Positions 36,518 to 49,665 of a stretch of 64,000 nucleotides of DNA are shown one piece after another (the first letter of the stretch is position 1; the number at the start of each line of letters is the position of its first letter). This DNA is from Cetorhinus maximus (taxonomy: Eukaryota). The translations under genes and the position numbers were made by a program. Below the pieces are notes generated by a model. It was not told the DNA's origin. It did no database searches and worked only from the letters and a program-made list of their open reading frames with translations. The stretch covers positions 6,200,001 to 6,264,000 of the forward strand of contig NC_135901.1 of assembly GCF_964194155.1 (NCBI RefSeq). Direction: 5' to 3'.

Positions 36518-36832
36518 ACAGACAGTCTCTGACCAGCCTCCATTTCTCTTCCATTTACAGATGCTCCCTCACCGGTCTCCATCTCTGCTCCACCTACAGA
36601 TGCTCCCTGACCAGTCTCCATTTCTCTTTCATTTATAGATGATCCCTGACCAGTCTCCATTTCTCCTCCATTTACAGACACTCCCTGACCAGTCTCCATT
36701 TCTCCTCCATTCATAGACGCTCCCTGACCAGTCTTCTCCATTTACAGACACTCCCTGACCACTCTCCATTTCTCCTACATTTACAGACGCTCCCTGACCA
36801 GTCTCCATTTCTCCTACATTTACTGACACTCT
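36518..36832. repeat. 39-bp minisatellite (~8 units)
   Basis: ACAGACACTCCCTGACCAGTCTCCATTTCTCCTCCATTT units. Confidence 0.9.
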
Positions 36833-36999
36833 CTGCCTCTCCTGGATTTTGGGACTGCCTCTGCTCTCAGGTTTTTGTTGTGATCCGGCTCGGAGGGAAG
36901 CGGTGGAGGCTGTTATTGGAGGTTTATATTGTTGTTTGCTGTTATCTCACTGTCAATGCACATCGTAACTGGAACTCTGCACTCAACACCCTTCCCCTG

Positions 37000-37630
37000 G
37001 CTTCCTGTCCTCACAAACATCACTCTGCCACATATCCGCCAACTGATTAAAACCCACAAACTGGTTGAAACCATTCATGCTGCACCTCACTAACCGCTCC
37101 ATGATGACCAGTTCAACCTATCTACTGCCCGCAGTCCATCTCACTGCCCCATATGGAGCACCCTTCCTGAGCAAGATCTACCAGCAGACATCCTTTGGAT
37201 CAAGCAATGGAACCACAGAAAGTCACTGACAAGTTCCTCGTGACAATCCCCATCTGCTGAATGGTTTGAACTGCCACGATGATAGTGGTCCTTGCTGAAC
37301 CGGCTCAGGACAGGGGAGGGCCCTGATGCAGCCAAACTCCACCACTGGGACCACAGCACAAACCCCTTATCCACTTGAGGAAAAGTACAAACAATGCTGC
37401 ACGTGACCAAGGAGAGTTCCTCTGACAGACTAAGTGGCAGACTTTCTGTCCTGCTGTACATTCTGGGAACAGACACACACCATTGAAGCAGTGAATCTCC
37501 TATTGAAACTTTGGTTTTCTCTGGCAGCACGGAGATTTGAGGGGCAAAAGCTGTTTCAGAACAGTGGAAGGAGGGTAACAAAAAACTGCAGCACAAGAGT
37601 CTGGGGTCCACTCGGTCAAAAACAATCACA
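37000..37630 (+). mobile_element. Non-LTR element 3' remnant (Ingi/Vingi- or RTEX-like)
   Basis: WSLLNRLRTGEG..AAKLHHW..GKVQTMLHV resembles a C-terminal zinc-knuckle region. Confidence 0.45.
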
Positions 37631-37687
37631 ACGCAGGGGTGTGGAGTTTAGGGCAACAAGAGCTGGTGGCTGAGGTTTCAATCCCAT

Positions 37688-37805
37688 GGAGACCAGGGTT
37701 GAGTACCACTGGTACAAGGGGTTCAGTACCAAGGAGACAGGGATTTAGTCCCACTGGTACAAAGGGTTCAGTCCCAAGGAGACAGGGATTTAGTCCCACT
37801 GGAAC
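37688..37805. repeat. 42-bp tandem repeat, ~3 copies
   Basis: GGAGACAGGGATTTAGTCCCACTGGTACAAAGGGTTCAGT.. Confidence 0.8.
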
Positions 37806-37924
37806 GAAGTCCCACTTTTCCCTGAAGTAAAAGCAGATACCACTGGATGTCAGCATTTTCTGTTTGTTTCTGAATTCAGATTTTCAGCATCTGCAATATT
37901 TTACTTATGTGCCACCATGCCCTT

Positions 37925-38770
37925 TTTTTATTCATTTACGGGATGTGGGCATCACTGGCTCGGCCACCATTTATTGCCCATCCCTCATTACCCTTGAGGT
38001 GGTGGCAGTGAGCTACCTTCTTGAACCACTGCAGTCCCTGCGTGTAGGTACACCCAGTGCTGTTAGGGAGGGAGTTCCAGGATTTTGACCCAGCGACAGT
38101 GAAGGAACGGTGATATATTTCCAAATCAAGATGGTGAGTGGCTTGGAGGAGAACTTCCAGTTGGTGGTGTTCCCATGTATCTGCTGCCCTTGTCCTTCTA
38201 AATAGTAGCAGTTGTGGGTTTGGAAGGTGCTGTCTAAGGAGCCTTGGCAAGTTTCTGCAGTGCATCATGGAGATGGTACACACTGTGGCCACTGTTCGTC
38301 AGTGGTGGAGGAAGTGAATGTTTGTGGATGGGGTGCCAATCAAGCAGGCTGCTTTGACCTGGACGGTGTCAAGCTTCTTGAGTGCTGTTGGAGCTGCACT
38401 CACTCAGACAAGCAGAGAGCATTCCATCACACTCCTGACTTGTGTCTTGCAGATGGTGGACAACTTTGGGGAGTCAGGAGGTGAGCTAATCGCCCCAGGA
38501 TCTCTAACCTCTGACTGCTCTTGTAGCCACAGTATTTATATGGCTCGTCCAGTTCAGTTTCTGGTCAATGGTAGCCTCCAGGATGTTGATAGTGGAGGAT
38601 TCAGTGAAGGTAATGTCATTGAATGTCAAGGGGCAATGGTTAGACTCTCTCTTGTTGGAGATGGTCATTGCCCTGCACTTGTGAGGCACGAATGTTACTT
38701 GCCACTTGTCAGCCAAAGCCTGCATATTGCCCAGGTCTTGTTGCATTTGGACAGTGACTGCTTCAGTGTT
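37925..38770 (-). mobile_element. Second LINE family, 3' fragment
   Basis: QQDLGNMQALADKWQVTFVPHKC..; AGSKSWNSLPNST; family tail. Confidence 0.85.
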
Positions 38771-40218
38771 GTTGTTTAATACATTTGTTTGGATCTGGAG
38801 GAGAGGTAATCAAAGACCAGACAGATTTAAATCCTCTTTTCCTTTTTTAATGTTTGTACAATTTATAATCCATAATCCAGTATGACTCTCACATCCACAG
38901 CTTGTATTTATGTAGCATCTTTAACATTGTGAAACATCCCAAAGTATTTCACAGGAGAATTATCAATCACCATTTGACAATAAGCCATGTAATGATTAAC
39001 AGGGCAGATGAAACCAAAAACTTCATCAAAGAGGTAGGATTTAAGGAGTATCTTAAAGGAGGAAAGTGAGGTGGAGATGTTTATGGAAGGAATTCCAGAG
39101 CTAACTGACTGTCCTGCAGTGGAAACATTTTCTTCCTATCTACCTGTCGAAACCTCTCAGCATTTTGAACACCACCATTAAATTTCTCCATAACCTCCTT
39201 GCTCTCAGGAGGGAAATCCCAACTTCTCCAGTCCCTTCACAGAACTGAAATCCCTCATCCTTGGTATAATTCTGTTGAATCTCTCCTGCACCCTCTCTGA
39301 GATAGTGACGTCCTTTCTAAACTGAGGTGCCCAGATTGGTCATGAAATCCAGCTGAGGTCTCACCAGTGGTTTAATAAAAGTTTACTATAGCTTCCTTGC
39401 TTTTGTACTCTGAGCCTATTTCAATGAAGACAGGATCCTTTGTGCTTTATGAAAGCCTTATCAAATAGCCCTGCTACCTCCAAATATTTCTCTATATACA
39501 AAGTGTTCTTGTTCCTGCATTCTGTTTAAAATTGTACCATTTAGTTTATACTGCCTCTCCTCATTCTTCCTTCCAAAATGTATCATTGACTGTGGATCCC
39601 GTTGGGATGTTCTGAGGATATGAAAGGTGCGAAATGAACACAGGAACTTTCTTTCTGTTTTACAGCTGATTAAAAGTTGTCGATTTTGCTCCAAAGATTA
39701 AATTGAAATTGATATTCAAAGTTACCTATTTTGCTGCAGAAACAACTGGGAGTCAGAGAATTAAGAGGAAAGATCCCAGACAGATGTTCTTCAAGGTACA
39801 CTGCAGGCCCAGCAGCTCAATCAGCTCCGCACTCAACTCAGAAGACCTTAACAACTACCCAGAGGGGAGTTCTCCTGGTGCAGTGGGACCAACATTCGTG
39901 TTTTAACTAACACCACTAAAAAACAAAAATCTGGATTAATTGGTCATTTGTCTCATTACTATTTGTGGGATCTTGCTGTGCACAAACTGGCTGTTGTGAA
40001 AGAACAAAAAGAGCATTTCAAAAGGAACTAACTTGTCTTCGTGCTTTTAAAAAGACACAACACACTGTTTAATACAAAGCTGATTTGACACTTATCCAGA
40101 ATTTGAACAATTGTAACTAGACTGCAGTTTATCAAAATCATCAGAAACAGATCCCAACTCTCAGAATGAACATGGTTCTGTCCTGGATGTGGTTAACAGC
40201 AGAGTCAAACCCTTGCAG

Positions 40219-41254
40219 TCACTTGTGAACTCGCTGGTGCATCAGCAGAGTGGAAGAACGAGTGAATCCCTTCCCACACACAGAGCAGGTGAAAGGCTTC
40301 TCCCCAGTGTGAACTTGCTGGTGCCTCCACAGATTGCATGAACGAGCAAAGCTCTTCCCACATTTTGAGCAGGTAAATGGTCTCTCCCCAGTGTGAACTC
40401 GCTGATGTACAGTGAGGTCAGATGATTGCCTGAACCCAGTCCCACAGTGAGAGCACCTGAACGGTTTCTCGTCAGAGTGAACTGGTTGATGGTGCGCCAG
40501 GTCTCCAGAACTTTTATAACATTTCCCACAGTCTGAGCATTTAAAAGGCCTCTCCCCGGTGTGAACTCGCCGGTGTATCAGCAGATTGGATGAATTAATG
40601 AATCCCTTCCCACACACAGAGCAAGTGAACGGCCTCTCCCCAGTGTGAACTCGCTGATGTATCAACAGGCTGGACGATCGCCTGAAGCTCTTCCCACAGT
40701 GAGAGCAGCTGAATGGTGAGTAGCCAGTGTGAATGCGCTGGTGCTCCCTCAGTCCATATGGACATTTAAAGCTCCTATCACAGTCAGAGCAATTAAACTG
40801 TCTCTTATCATTGTGAACTTGCTGGTGTCTCAGCAGCCCAGATAAAAACATACATCTCTTCCCACACAGGGAACAGGTGAATGGCCTTTCCCCAGTGTGA
40901 ACTCGCTGGTGTGTCACCAGGGTGGATGAATGAACAAATGCCTTCCCACACTCAGTACAGGTGAAAGGCTTCTCCCCCGTATGACTGCGTCGATGACCTT
41001 TCAGCTCAGAGGCATAATTGAATCCTTTCCCACAATCCCCACATTTCCATGGTTTCTCCCCAGTGTGACTCCGCCTGTGTTTTGACAGGCCACATGATCG
41101 ACTGAAACCTCGTCCACACACAAAACGTGTACGGTTTATCCCCACTGTGAACAGTGCTAGTTCCTTCCATGTTCAAAGGCCGATGATATTCAAATCCAGA
41201 GGAATTGAGCAGCTCTGTCAGATCCCGATGTGATGTTAGGTTTGGGTTTCCCAT
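40219..41254 (-). pseudogene. ZNF-A: KRAB-less tandem C2H2 zinc-finger gene (10 intact fingers plus 1 broken); probably disrupted
   Basis: TGEKP/TGERP-linked fingers in ORF 40219-41145. A 2-bp deletion in the first finger (~41120) puts the upstream ATGs (41254, 41170) out of frame. The family acceptor TTTTACAG|GATATT is mutated to TTTTACCAAATATT (~41280). Confidence 0.75.
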
Positions 41255-42439
41255 CTGTACATTCTCTCCTTTTAATATTTGGTAAAACAAATAGAAAAAA
41301 GGAAAAAGAGAGTGTGAGAGAGAACACAAAAACAAAAAGACAGGTTGTGAAATTGAGCAGAATTCATGGGGCCAGCATTAGAAAAGAGACCATGAAAGCT
41401 GCCGGATTATTGTAAAGACCCAACTGTATACTGTTGTCCTCCAGCGAAGGGAACCTGCTATCAGGTTTGGATCTACAGAACAGGGAGAGAATTGGGAGGT
41501 GGCAGCAGTGGAGGTTTTCTACATCTGCACCTCTACCAGACGTTTGACAGAACCTGTCACCTCCACCATCTACAAAGACAAGGGCAGCAGGTGCATACAT
41601 ATACCATCATCCTTTTCAAGTCACACACCATTCTGAGTCAGGCATATATCCCTGTTCCTTCATCGTCACTGGGTGAAAATCTAGTAACTCCTTACTAAGA
41701 AGAATTGTGACAGGACCTTCACCACACTGACTGCAGTCGTTCAACAAGAAGGCCCACCGTCACATTTTCAATGGGAAACTGGGAATTGACAATATGTGCT
41801 GGTCTCACTGGTGATGCCCAATTCCCATGAATGAAGTGAAAATTTTCTGTACTTGCCAAATGGATTAAAAGACTCTACACATAAACTTGTTAATAAAACA
41901 ATACTGTTTTCTGTTGCAGTATAGGAACCGCGTCAGTTTAATAAACTAATTTCTCCTAGAATCTACCTCCCTTTAGCTTCCCACATTGGAAATTGTTGGG
42001 CTCAACAAGTCCTCTGGGTTTCAGAGCAGTGGAGGAGACTAGAACCTGGAGACGCAGTTTAAGAATAAGAGATGAGAAATTTAAGACTTAGATGAGGAGG
42101 TTCGTTAGCCTATGGAATTCACTTCCCGAGAGCACAATAGAGGCTGGGTCATTGTTCAAGGCAGAGTTAGACAGATTGTTGATAGACAAGGGAGTCAAGT
42201 GTTGCAAGGGCAGACAGGAAATTCAAGTTGAGACCACAACCAGATTAGCCATGATCTTATTGAATGGTGGAGCAGGCTTGAAGGGCTGAATGTCCTTCTC
42301 CTGCAGCTAAGTTCTAGTCCTATGGGTTAAACCCAGCAGCCTCACCTCCATCTCCACTTCAGTTCAATGTGCTTCTGCATCCAACACTATCCTGATTCAA
42401 ACCTGGTCTGTCTGTGTTTCTGGATTCAGCCTGCAATAG

Positions 42440-42580
42440 AACAAAAGCAAAATACAGTGGATTCGAGCAATCTGAAATGCAATAAGAGAAAATGCAGGGA
42501 AACACAATAGGTCAAGCAGTATCTGTGGAAAGAGAGAAACAGAGTTAACATTTCAGGTCGTTGACCTTTCCTCAGCCTCG
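42440..42580 (+). mobile_element. Penelope-like element terminal fragment
   Basis: AAAAGCAAAATAC..ATCTGAAAT..GAAAATGC..CAGTATCTGTGGA..AGAGTTAACATTTCAGGTC, same family as 57124 onward. Confidence 0.6.
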
Positions 42581-42594
42581 AATAAAACAATTAC

Positions 42595-42890
42595 CGACAG
42601 TTCCCACAATCCCCCGCGCCCCAGAAACCGCTCTAACCAACTCACGCCTTTCCCCAGGGCCAGCCGCGGGGCATTCTGGGCAGCTCCTTTGTTGTGAGTC
42701 GGACTCGGTGGAAATGGGAGAAGAAACTGGGAAGCGGCAGCGAGGATGGGGGAGGCGCTGCAGCATTGCTTTAATGGGCAGCCCCGACCCCCAGCAGCCC
42801 CCAGCCCGGGGAGATCACCGCACGGCCGCCGGGCCCGGCCGCTCCCATTCAGCCTCGGAGAGCCGCACTCGCTGCTCCTGAGGCTGTGCT
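42595..42890 (-). promoter_or_regulatory. CpG-rich first exon/promoter of ZNF-A
   Basis: Highly similar to 56657-57000; minus-strand donor GTCG|GTAATT at 42595. Confidence 0.6.
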
Positions 42891-43184
42891 CACCCCCCGC
42901 TCAGTTTCTCCATTGAATCCTGTTTCTCTCATTGTTTTTCCCAATTCAGATTCACCGCCTCATTTTATTTTCTTCCTCTGAGCCCCTGATCTCCATCTGA
43001 CAGGGCCGTGTTGGAGAGCAGGCATTGACTGTCCTGGGAAACAACAGCAAGAGGAACTCAGAGGCCCGAGGAGCAAGGAAGCAGCGAGTTCACCAATTGG
43101 AGCAATTGAGGCCTGGAACCTGAGTTGGCCAGTCAAGTGAGTCAGTTGGAACCCCTGGTAGACAAGTTATCATTAAAACATTCT

Positions 43185-43487
43185 TTTTTTTGGGGATGTG
43201 AGCGTCGCTGGCTATGCCAGCAATTATTGCCCATCCCTAATTGCCCTTGTTTAGAGGGCATTTAAAAGTCAACCACATTGCTGTGGATCTGGAGTCACAT
43301 GTAGGCCAGACCAGGTAAGGATGGCAGATTTCCTTCCCTGAAGGGGATTAGTGAACCAGTTAGGTTTTTATGACAATCAACAATGATTTCATGGTCCTCA
43401 TCAGAGTTTTAATTCCGGATTTTTATTAAATTTAAATTTAATCATCTGCCGTGGTGGGATTTGAACCCCAGTCCCCTGGGTCTCTGG
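43185..43487 (-). mobile_element. tRNA-derived SINE
   Basis: Family core and reverse B-box GGGATTTGAACCC. Confidence 0.75.
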
Positions 43488-43827
43488 AAAACAACAGAGT
43501 AGTTTAAATGTTGTCAGTATTTTGATTTCCTGAGGCTCTGATTATGAGTTTCAGACATTCTGTGCCACGTGGATGAGGGTTTCCAAGGTCATGCATCTCT
43601 CTCTTTGCATGTCGATGTTTGTAAAAAATATACAAATTGATTTCCCCCTCATGTTTCTATTTTCAATGCTGAGATGGACAATGCCCCACCAATTCCCACT
43701 CCCCTTCTTTCTCGTGGTTAATGGAGGGTCCATGCACTTGAGTTGATGCATAATTTTGTTCCCAATTTTAATTATTGCCTCCCGCCTCAATCTGCCCATC
43801 AGTTGAAAAAACACTAATGAGGACCTG

Positions 43828-44210
43828 TAATGGCGGGGTCATTACCCAGCATTCCCCGCGGTGGTGAATGTTCCCCCATCCAAACCACAGGAGTGGTGCG
43901 CAGGCGCAGGTCCGATCTGTTTGGAGTATGCGCAGTGAGAGTGATGGCGGTGGGGAGAGACGCTCTTTTGTCTCATCTGCAACCGGTAAGGAAATTGAAA
44001 CGCGGAGGGACCGATAGAGCCGGCGGGTCGACAGGGACGGTTTCGAAACACCTACTGAAGGCCTCACACCTCGAATAAGAATTTGCAGGTCCCGGGTTTG
44101 CAGCTTCGAGTCCTTTTCTCGAGAAGTGGCCCAGGTGAACTGCCGCCATCTTTGTTCAGCGAGGAGTAGAGCGCATGCGTTGGCGACTGGGTAGAGTGGG
44201 CGGGGCTTCA
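43828..44210 (+). promoter_or_regulatory. CpG-island promoter/first exon of ZNF-B
   Basis: Paralogous to 61183-61565. NRF1-like TGCGCAGGCGCA and GCGCATGCG, YY1 CCGCCATCTT, GC box, candidate donor CCG|GTAAGG at 43985. Confidence 0.65.
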
Positions 44211-45229
44211 GAATCTCTGTTCCCTGCCGAGTCCTAGTGCCCGGGTAGTGCAAACAGCCGCTCCAGTTTTTTAAACAGCTTCACCTATTCCCAGACTGCA
44301 GGTGATGTTTGCAGCCCAGAGGAGACCATGTATATATTCAGTCTGAGAGGTAGCAGCCATGTATGGTTACCTGAGGGGCTGCTCTTCCATGTTAGTTTAC
44401 GCTTCAGCCCCAGGCTCCTGATCTTGCTGCCCAGTGGGAGGTGGTTAAGACAGAGGATCTTCTACTGGAGCTGCTCTCGGTTAAAACAGCATTTTGGAGA
44501 TCAAGGGTGGGTGGTATCTATGGCTGCTGGCCTCTCTTCCATGGTTTTGTCTGTGCCCGAGTGGCCTTGGACAAGGAACATGCGGTGTCCACCGATAGAC
44601 TTGATACCTCCCACAACCGGTGGTACCTCAGGGTACAAAGTGTCTCATAGACACTGGAAACAATATTCTGGTTTAGTTGGGAAGGCTCTCTTCACTTTTG
44701 ATGGAACTTTGTTGCCAATTTTAGTTTCTTTTACTTTGATTGGATCACGTGTTTGAGAAAACAAGTGGAAAGAATGTTCCACAGAAATAAGTCTAACAAG
44801 AACAGTCTGTTCTGAATTTCTATCCTGCACTGATCGTGATACTGACTCTGTCAACTCTATTTACAGAGGATTAGAAGGAGAGGACTTGCTGATGGGAAAC
44901 TCAAACCAAACATCAGATCAAGATCTGACCGAGCCACTCAATTCATCAGGACCTGAATATCAACGGCCTTTGAACATTTAAAAGGTGGAAGGAGAAATGT
45001 TTGTCTGTTCTGTCTGGGGGAGAAGAATTCAACCATCGGTGTGACTGGAAAAGCACCGAGACACCCACACATCCGAGTGAGTGTGTTTCAGTGAACTGAA
45101 CTTTAACCAGTTACACAGCCTGAAAAAACATTACACTGTCCACAGTGGGGAGATCTGTACATTTGCTCTGTGCGTGGATGAGGCTTCAACTGATCGACCA
45201 ACCTGGAGAGACACAAGGACACCCATACC

Positions 45230-46123
45230 ATGGAGAAACCGTGGAAATGTGGGGACTGTGGGAAGGGATTCAATTACCCATCCCTGCTGGAAATGCATCG
45301 ACGCAGTCACAGTGGGGAGAGGCCATTCACCTGCTCCGTGTGTGGGAAGGGATTCATTCAGTCATCCCACCTGCAGACCCACCAGCAAGTTCACATTGAT
45401 GAGAGGCTGTGTAACCCCTCGGACAGTGAGAACAGCTTTCAAAGCTCCAAGGACCTGATCAGGCACCAGGTTGTTCACACCGAGAAACAGTTCAGTTGCT
45501 CTCACTGCGGGAAGGTGTTTAAAAGATCACAGAATCTCATTGAACACGAACGCACTCACACTGGGGAGAGGCCGTTCATCTGCTCTGTGTGTGGGAAGGG
45601 ATTCACTCGGTCATCCCACCTCGCTACACACCAACTAGTTCACACAGATAAAAGACCTTTCAAATGTTCTGACTGTGAGAAGAGTTATAAAACCACAAGC
45701 GATCTGCTGATCCACCAGCGGGTTCACAATGAGGAGAGGCCATTCAGATGCACAGTGTGTGGGAAGGGATTCACTCTGTCATCCAGCCTCCAGAAACACC
45801 AGCGAGTTCACACTGGGGAGAAGTCATTCACCTGCTCCTTGTGTGGAAAAGGATTCATTTATTTAACCAGCCTCAGATCACACCAACTTGTTCACTCTGA
45901 TAAGAAACCTTTCAATTGTTCTGAATGTGAGAAGAGCTTTAAAACCACAAGTGTTCTGCTGAGACACCAGCGAGTTCACACTGGGGAGAGACCGTTCATC
46001 TGCTCCGACTGTGGGAAGGGATACACTCGCTCATCCCACCTGCTGACACACCAGCGAGTTCACAATAGTCTGCAGGGACTGGATTCTGCTGTTATTGCTG
46101 CTGTTAATCAGATCCAGGAATGA
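45230..46123 (+). CDS. ZNF-B: KRAB-less C2H2 zinc-finger protein, 297 aa (9 intact plus 1 degenerate finger), with C-terminal LQGLDSAVIAAVNQIQE tail
   Basis: Open ATG-to-TGA ORF. Acceptor ATTTACAG| at 44866; decayed fingers upstream at ~44995-45229. Confidence 0.85.
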   Translation: MEKPWKCGDCGKGFNYPSLLEMHRRSHSGERPFTCSVCGKGFIQSSHLQTHQQVHIDERLCNPSDSENSFQSSKDLIRHQVVHTEKQFSCSHCGKVFKRSQNLIEHERTHTGERPFICSVCGKGFTRSSHLATHQLVHTDKRPFKCSDCEKSYKTTSDLLIHQRVHNEERPFRCTVCGKGFTLSSSLQKHQRVHTGEKSFTCSLCGKGFIYLTSLRSHQLVHSDKKPFNCSECEKSFKTTSVLLRHQRVHTGERPFICSDCGKGYTRSSHLLTHQRVHNSLQGLDSAVIAAVNQIQE

Positions 46124-46484
46124 ACCATGTTCATTCAGACAGCTGGGCTTTGTTTCAGCTGATGTAAGTAACCCGTATAACTGAGCTGGAATTTAATATT
46201 CTGGATAAATGTCAAGTGAACTAATATTGTTACAGGCACACTTTCGAGACCTTGATTTCTCCAATATGAGATTAATTGATGTCCAGTTGCTAACTGCTCC
46301 ATTTTTGGAGCCTTTTCTCCTTTCTAACTCTAGATTATTTCAGTTATCATGCCTTTAATTACTCTCACGGACAAGTCCCATACCTTCCAAACTGTCCCTC
46401 CTAGCCTTGGTGTCCAGGAAAGGTATTGGTAACACTCCCGGGATCACTAAACACAAAACCCAGTCTTTTATACTGATGTGCTGG

Positions 46485-48440
46485 GCTCCGCCATCATTGA
46501 GGATGGTGATGATTGTGGGGACCTACTTTTCCTGTTAGTTGTTTACTTGTCCAGCACCATTCTTGACTGGATGTGGCAGGTTGATCTGTGATCTGATCCG
46601 TTGTTTGTGGGATCGCTTAACCCTGCCTCGAGCATGCTGCTTCCACTGTTTAGAATGCACATTGTTCCATCGTGTAGGGTCACCAGATTGGAATCTGAGT
46701 TTTAGGAATGCCTGGTGCTGCTCCTACACTCTGTGTTGAACCAGGGTTGGTCCCTTGGCTTGATGGTAATGGTAGAGTGAGGGATATGTGGACCATGTGG
46801 TTACAGATTGTGGCTGAATACAATTCTGCTGCTACTGATGACCCACAGCACCTCATGGATGCCCAGTTTATATTTCAACCTATTCTGAATCTATCCCATT
46901 TAGCATGGTGATAGTGCCTCACAATATGATGGACGGTATCCTCAGTGTGAACACGGGACTTTGTCTTATAAAATCACAAGAATTAGAAGCAGGAGTAGGT
47001 CATTTGGCCCCTTGAGTCTGCTCCGATCATGGCTGATCTGATTGTTGCATTAACTCCCACTTTCCTGACTGCTCCCATAACTCTTGACTCTCTTGTCAAT
47101 CAAAAACATGTCCAACTCAGCTTTGAATATATTCAGTGATCCAGCCTTCATTGCTCTCTGGGAAGGAGAATTCAAAAGACTAATGACCCTCAGCAAAGAA
47201 ATTCCTTCTTGTGTCTGTCCTAAAAAGGAGACCCCTTATCTTTAAACTGTGCCTCCTAGTTCTAGATTCACCCACGAAAGGAAACATCCTCCCAACATTT
47301 TCCCTGTCAAGCCCCCTCAGGATCTTGTTTCAATAAGATCACCTCTTATTTTTCTAAACTCCAACAAGTATAGGCCCAACCTGCTCAACCTTTCCTCATA
47401 GGACAATCCCTTCATTCCAGGAATCAGTATAGTGAACCTTCTCTGAACTGTTTCCAATGCAAGTATATCTCTCATTCAGTAAGGGGATGAAAATTGTGCC
47501 CAGTTCCCTCGCTGTGCTCTCTCCAATGATCTGTACAGTCATTCCTTACTTTTATACTTCAGCCCCCTTTCAAAAATGCCTCCCTAATTACTTTCTATTC
47601 CTGAATGCTACCTTTCTGTCATTCATGTACCAGGACACCCAGATCCCTCCGTACCGCAGCATTCTGCAGTCTCTCCCCATTTAAATCATATGGTTTTACT
47701 ATTGTTCCTGCCAAAGTAGACAGCCTCACATTTTACCACATTATACCTGCCACAATTTTTGCCCACTCAATTAACCTATCTATATCTTTATATCCTCCTC
47801 ACAACTTGCTTTCCTACCTCTTTGTATCATCAGCAAATTTGATTATAACACAATTGATTCCTTCATCCTAGTCAGATGGTAATAGTTGAGGCCCCAGCAC
47901 TGATCCTTGTGACACTCCACCAGTTACAGTTTGTCAACCCGAAAGTGGATGAGCACTGTGTGGTGGTCACTCCTATCAATAGTGTCATGGACAGAAGGAT
48001 CTGCAACACGTAGATTGATGAGGACGAGGTCAAGTAGGTTTTTCCCTCTTGGTTCCCTCACCACTGACCGCAGACCCAGTCTAGCAGCTATGTCCTTTAG
48101 GACTCAGCCAGCTCAGTCGATATTGGTGTGAGTGAGCCAGTCTTGGTGATGGACATTCCTCCACCCACTGTACATTCAATGCCCTTGCCACCCTCAGTGC
48201 TTCTTCCAAGTGGTGTTCAACATGGAGGAGCACTGATTCATCAGCTGAGGGAAGGCAGTCAGCATGAGATTTCCATGCCCATGTTTGACCTGGTGCCATG
48301 AGACTTCATGGGGACTGGAGTCAAGGTGGAGGACTCCCAGGGCCACTGTCTCACCCTGTATACCTCTGTGCTGCCATCTCTGTTAGGGCCTGTCTCTGAG
48401 TGTGACTGTGTCAGGCTGTTGCTTGACTAGTCCGTGAGAT
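46485..48440 (-). mobile_element. Second-family LINE (46485-46965 and 47945-48440) with a nested minus-strand CR1 (46975-47945)
   Basis: The CR1 tail AATTAGAAGCAGGAGTAGG.. interrupts continuous LINE endonuclease-region sequence. Confidence 0.65.
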
Positions 48441-49296
48441 TGTAGCCAAGTTCATGTTTAATAATTAGTTTCTAGTTTAGTTATGTGTAATGATCAAGGA
48501 ATTGAAGTGTATTAATCAACTAACCTAATATGATATTCTGCTTAATTGTAATCGATGTAGAACACTGGTAGCATGTGACTGGCTCTTTGTCTGTAGCTGC
48601 ATCCTTACTTGACAAGTGAAATACAGCCCATGGCCCTAGGCTGGTGCAAAGCTACACTTTTATGGTTTAATTACAGAGTAAATACTGCAAACCCCGTCTT
48701 GGTTGGATGAGCTAAGGTCTGGAACCGTTAACTCCCCAGCCATTGACACTGATAAGCTATTCTTGAGGTAGAAGACCCTATTGTGTGAAGAAAACAGCTG
48801 TGGGGTTTCAAACCTTTAGCCTTATGTCTTAAATCAGTTTATCCTTTTAACTTGTCGTGTTTTCAAAGAAGCAGTCACTTTCCTGAACAATATATAACCT
48901 GGTTCTGTAAACTTAAAGAATTAAGTGCTCCAATCAGTTTTTGTAGCTCTGTAGTTCTTTTGACTCATATTACTTATGAACATGTATCAATTAAATGTAT
49001 CAATTAAATGTATCAATTGTATGCACTTTTATGTGTATCTTGCGATCTCAACTTTGACACACTGATCACCTTTATACACTGATTTTATGCACACTACCTG
49101 TCGATTTTAGGTGCGAAGTAACTTTGTATTTTCGGTATCAGTTTAAGGCTGTGTGCCACTTTGTACCTTTTTAATAAACTGTGTTCCAATCCCTGGCAGC
49201 CACTACGAAAACATACACCAGCAAGCAGTTTCTTTAACCAAAACATATTGATAGGCGCCTGCCCTAATGAGAACTCTACAGGATTTCTAAACATCA
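48441..49296 (+). mobile_element. Probable LTR (ERV/Gypsy-like)
   Basis: Starts TGTAG at the break of the LINE; TATATAA at ~48891, AATAAA at ~49173; ends near ..CATCA. No TSD confirmed. Confidence 0.35.
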
Positions 49297-49329
49297 ATTA
49301 GGCATTTGGGACAATGAGCCCGAGTTTTT

Positions 49330-49665
49330 TTTTATTCATTCATGGGATGTGAGTGTTGCTGGCTAGGCCAGCATTTATTGCCCATCCCTAATTGCCCTCG
49401 TTCAGAGGGCATTAAGAGCCAACCACATTGCTGCAGGTCTGGAACCACATGTAGGCCAGACCAGGTAAGGACAGGAGATTTCCTTCCCGTAAGGACATTC
49501 GTGAACCAGATGGGTTTTTACAACAATGGATTTGCAGTCGTTATCAAACTTTTAATTCAAATTTCACCATCTGCCGTGGTGAGATTCGAACCTGGGTCCC
49601 TAAAGCATTACCCTGGGTCTCTTGAATACTAGTCCAGTGACAATACTACTATGCCACCGCCTCCC
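49330..49665 (-). mobile_element. tRNA-derived SINE, near full length
   Basis: Tail TTTATTCATTCATGGGATGTG, family core, reverse B-box GAGATTCGAACC, reverse A-box CTATGCCAC. Confidence 0.8.

Noticed and set aside
36466-36829. ORFs with repeated GEMETGQG peptide
   Set aside because: Translation of the 39-bp minisatellite.
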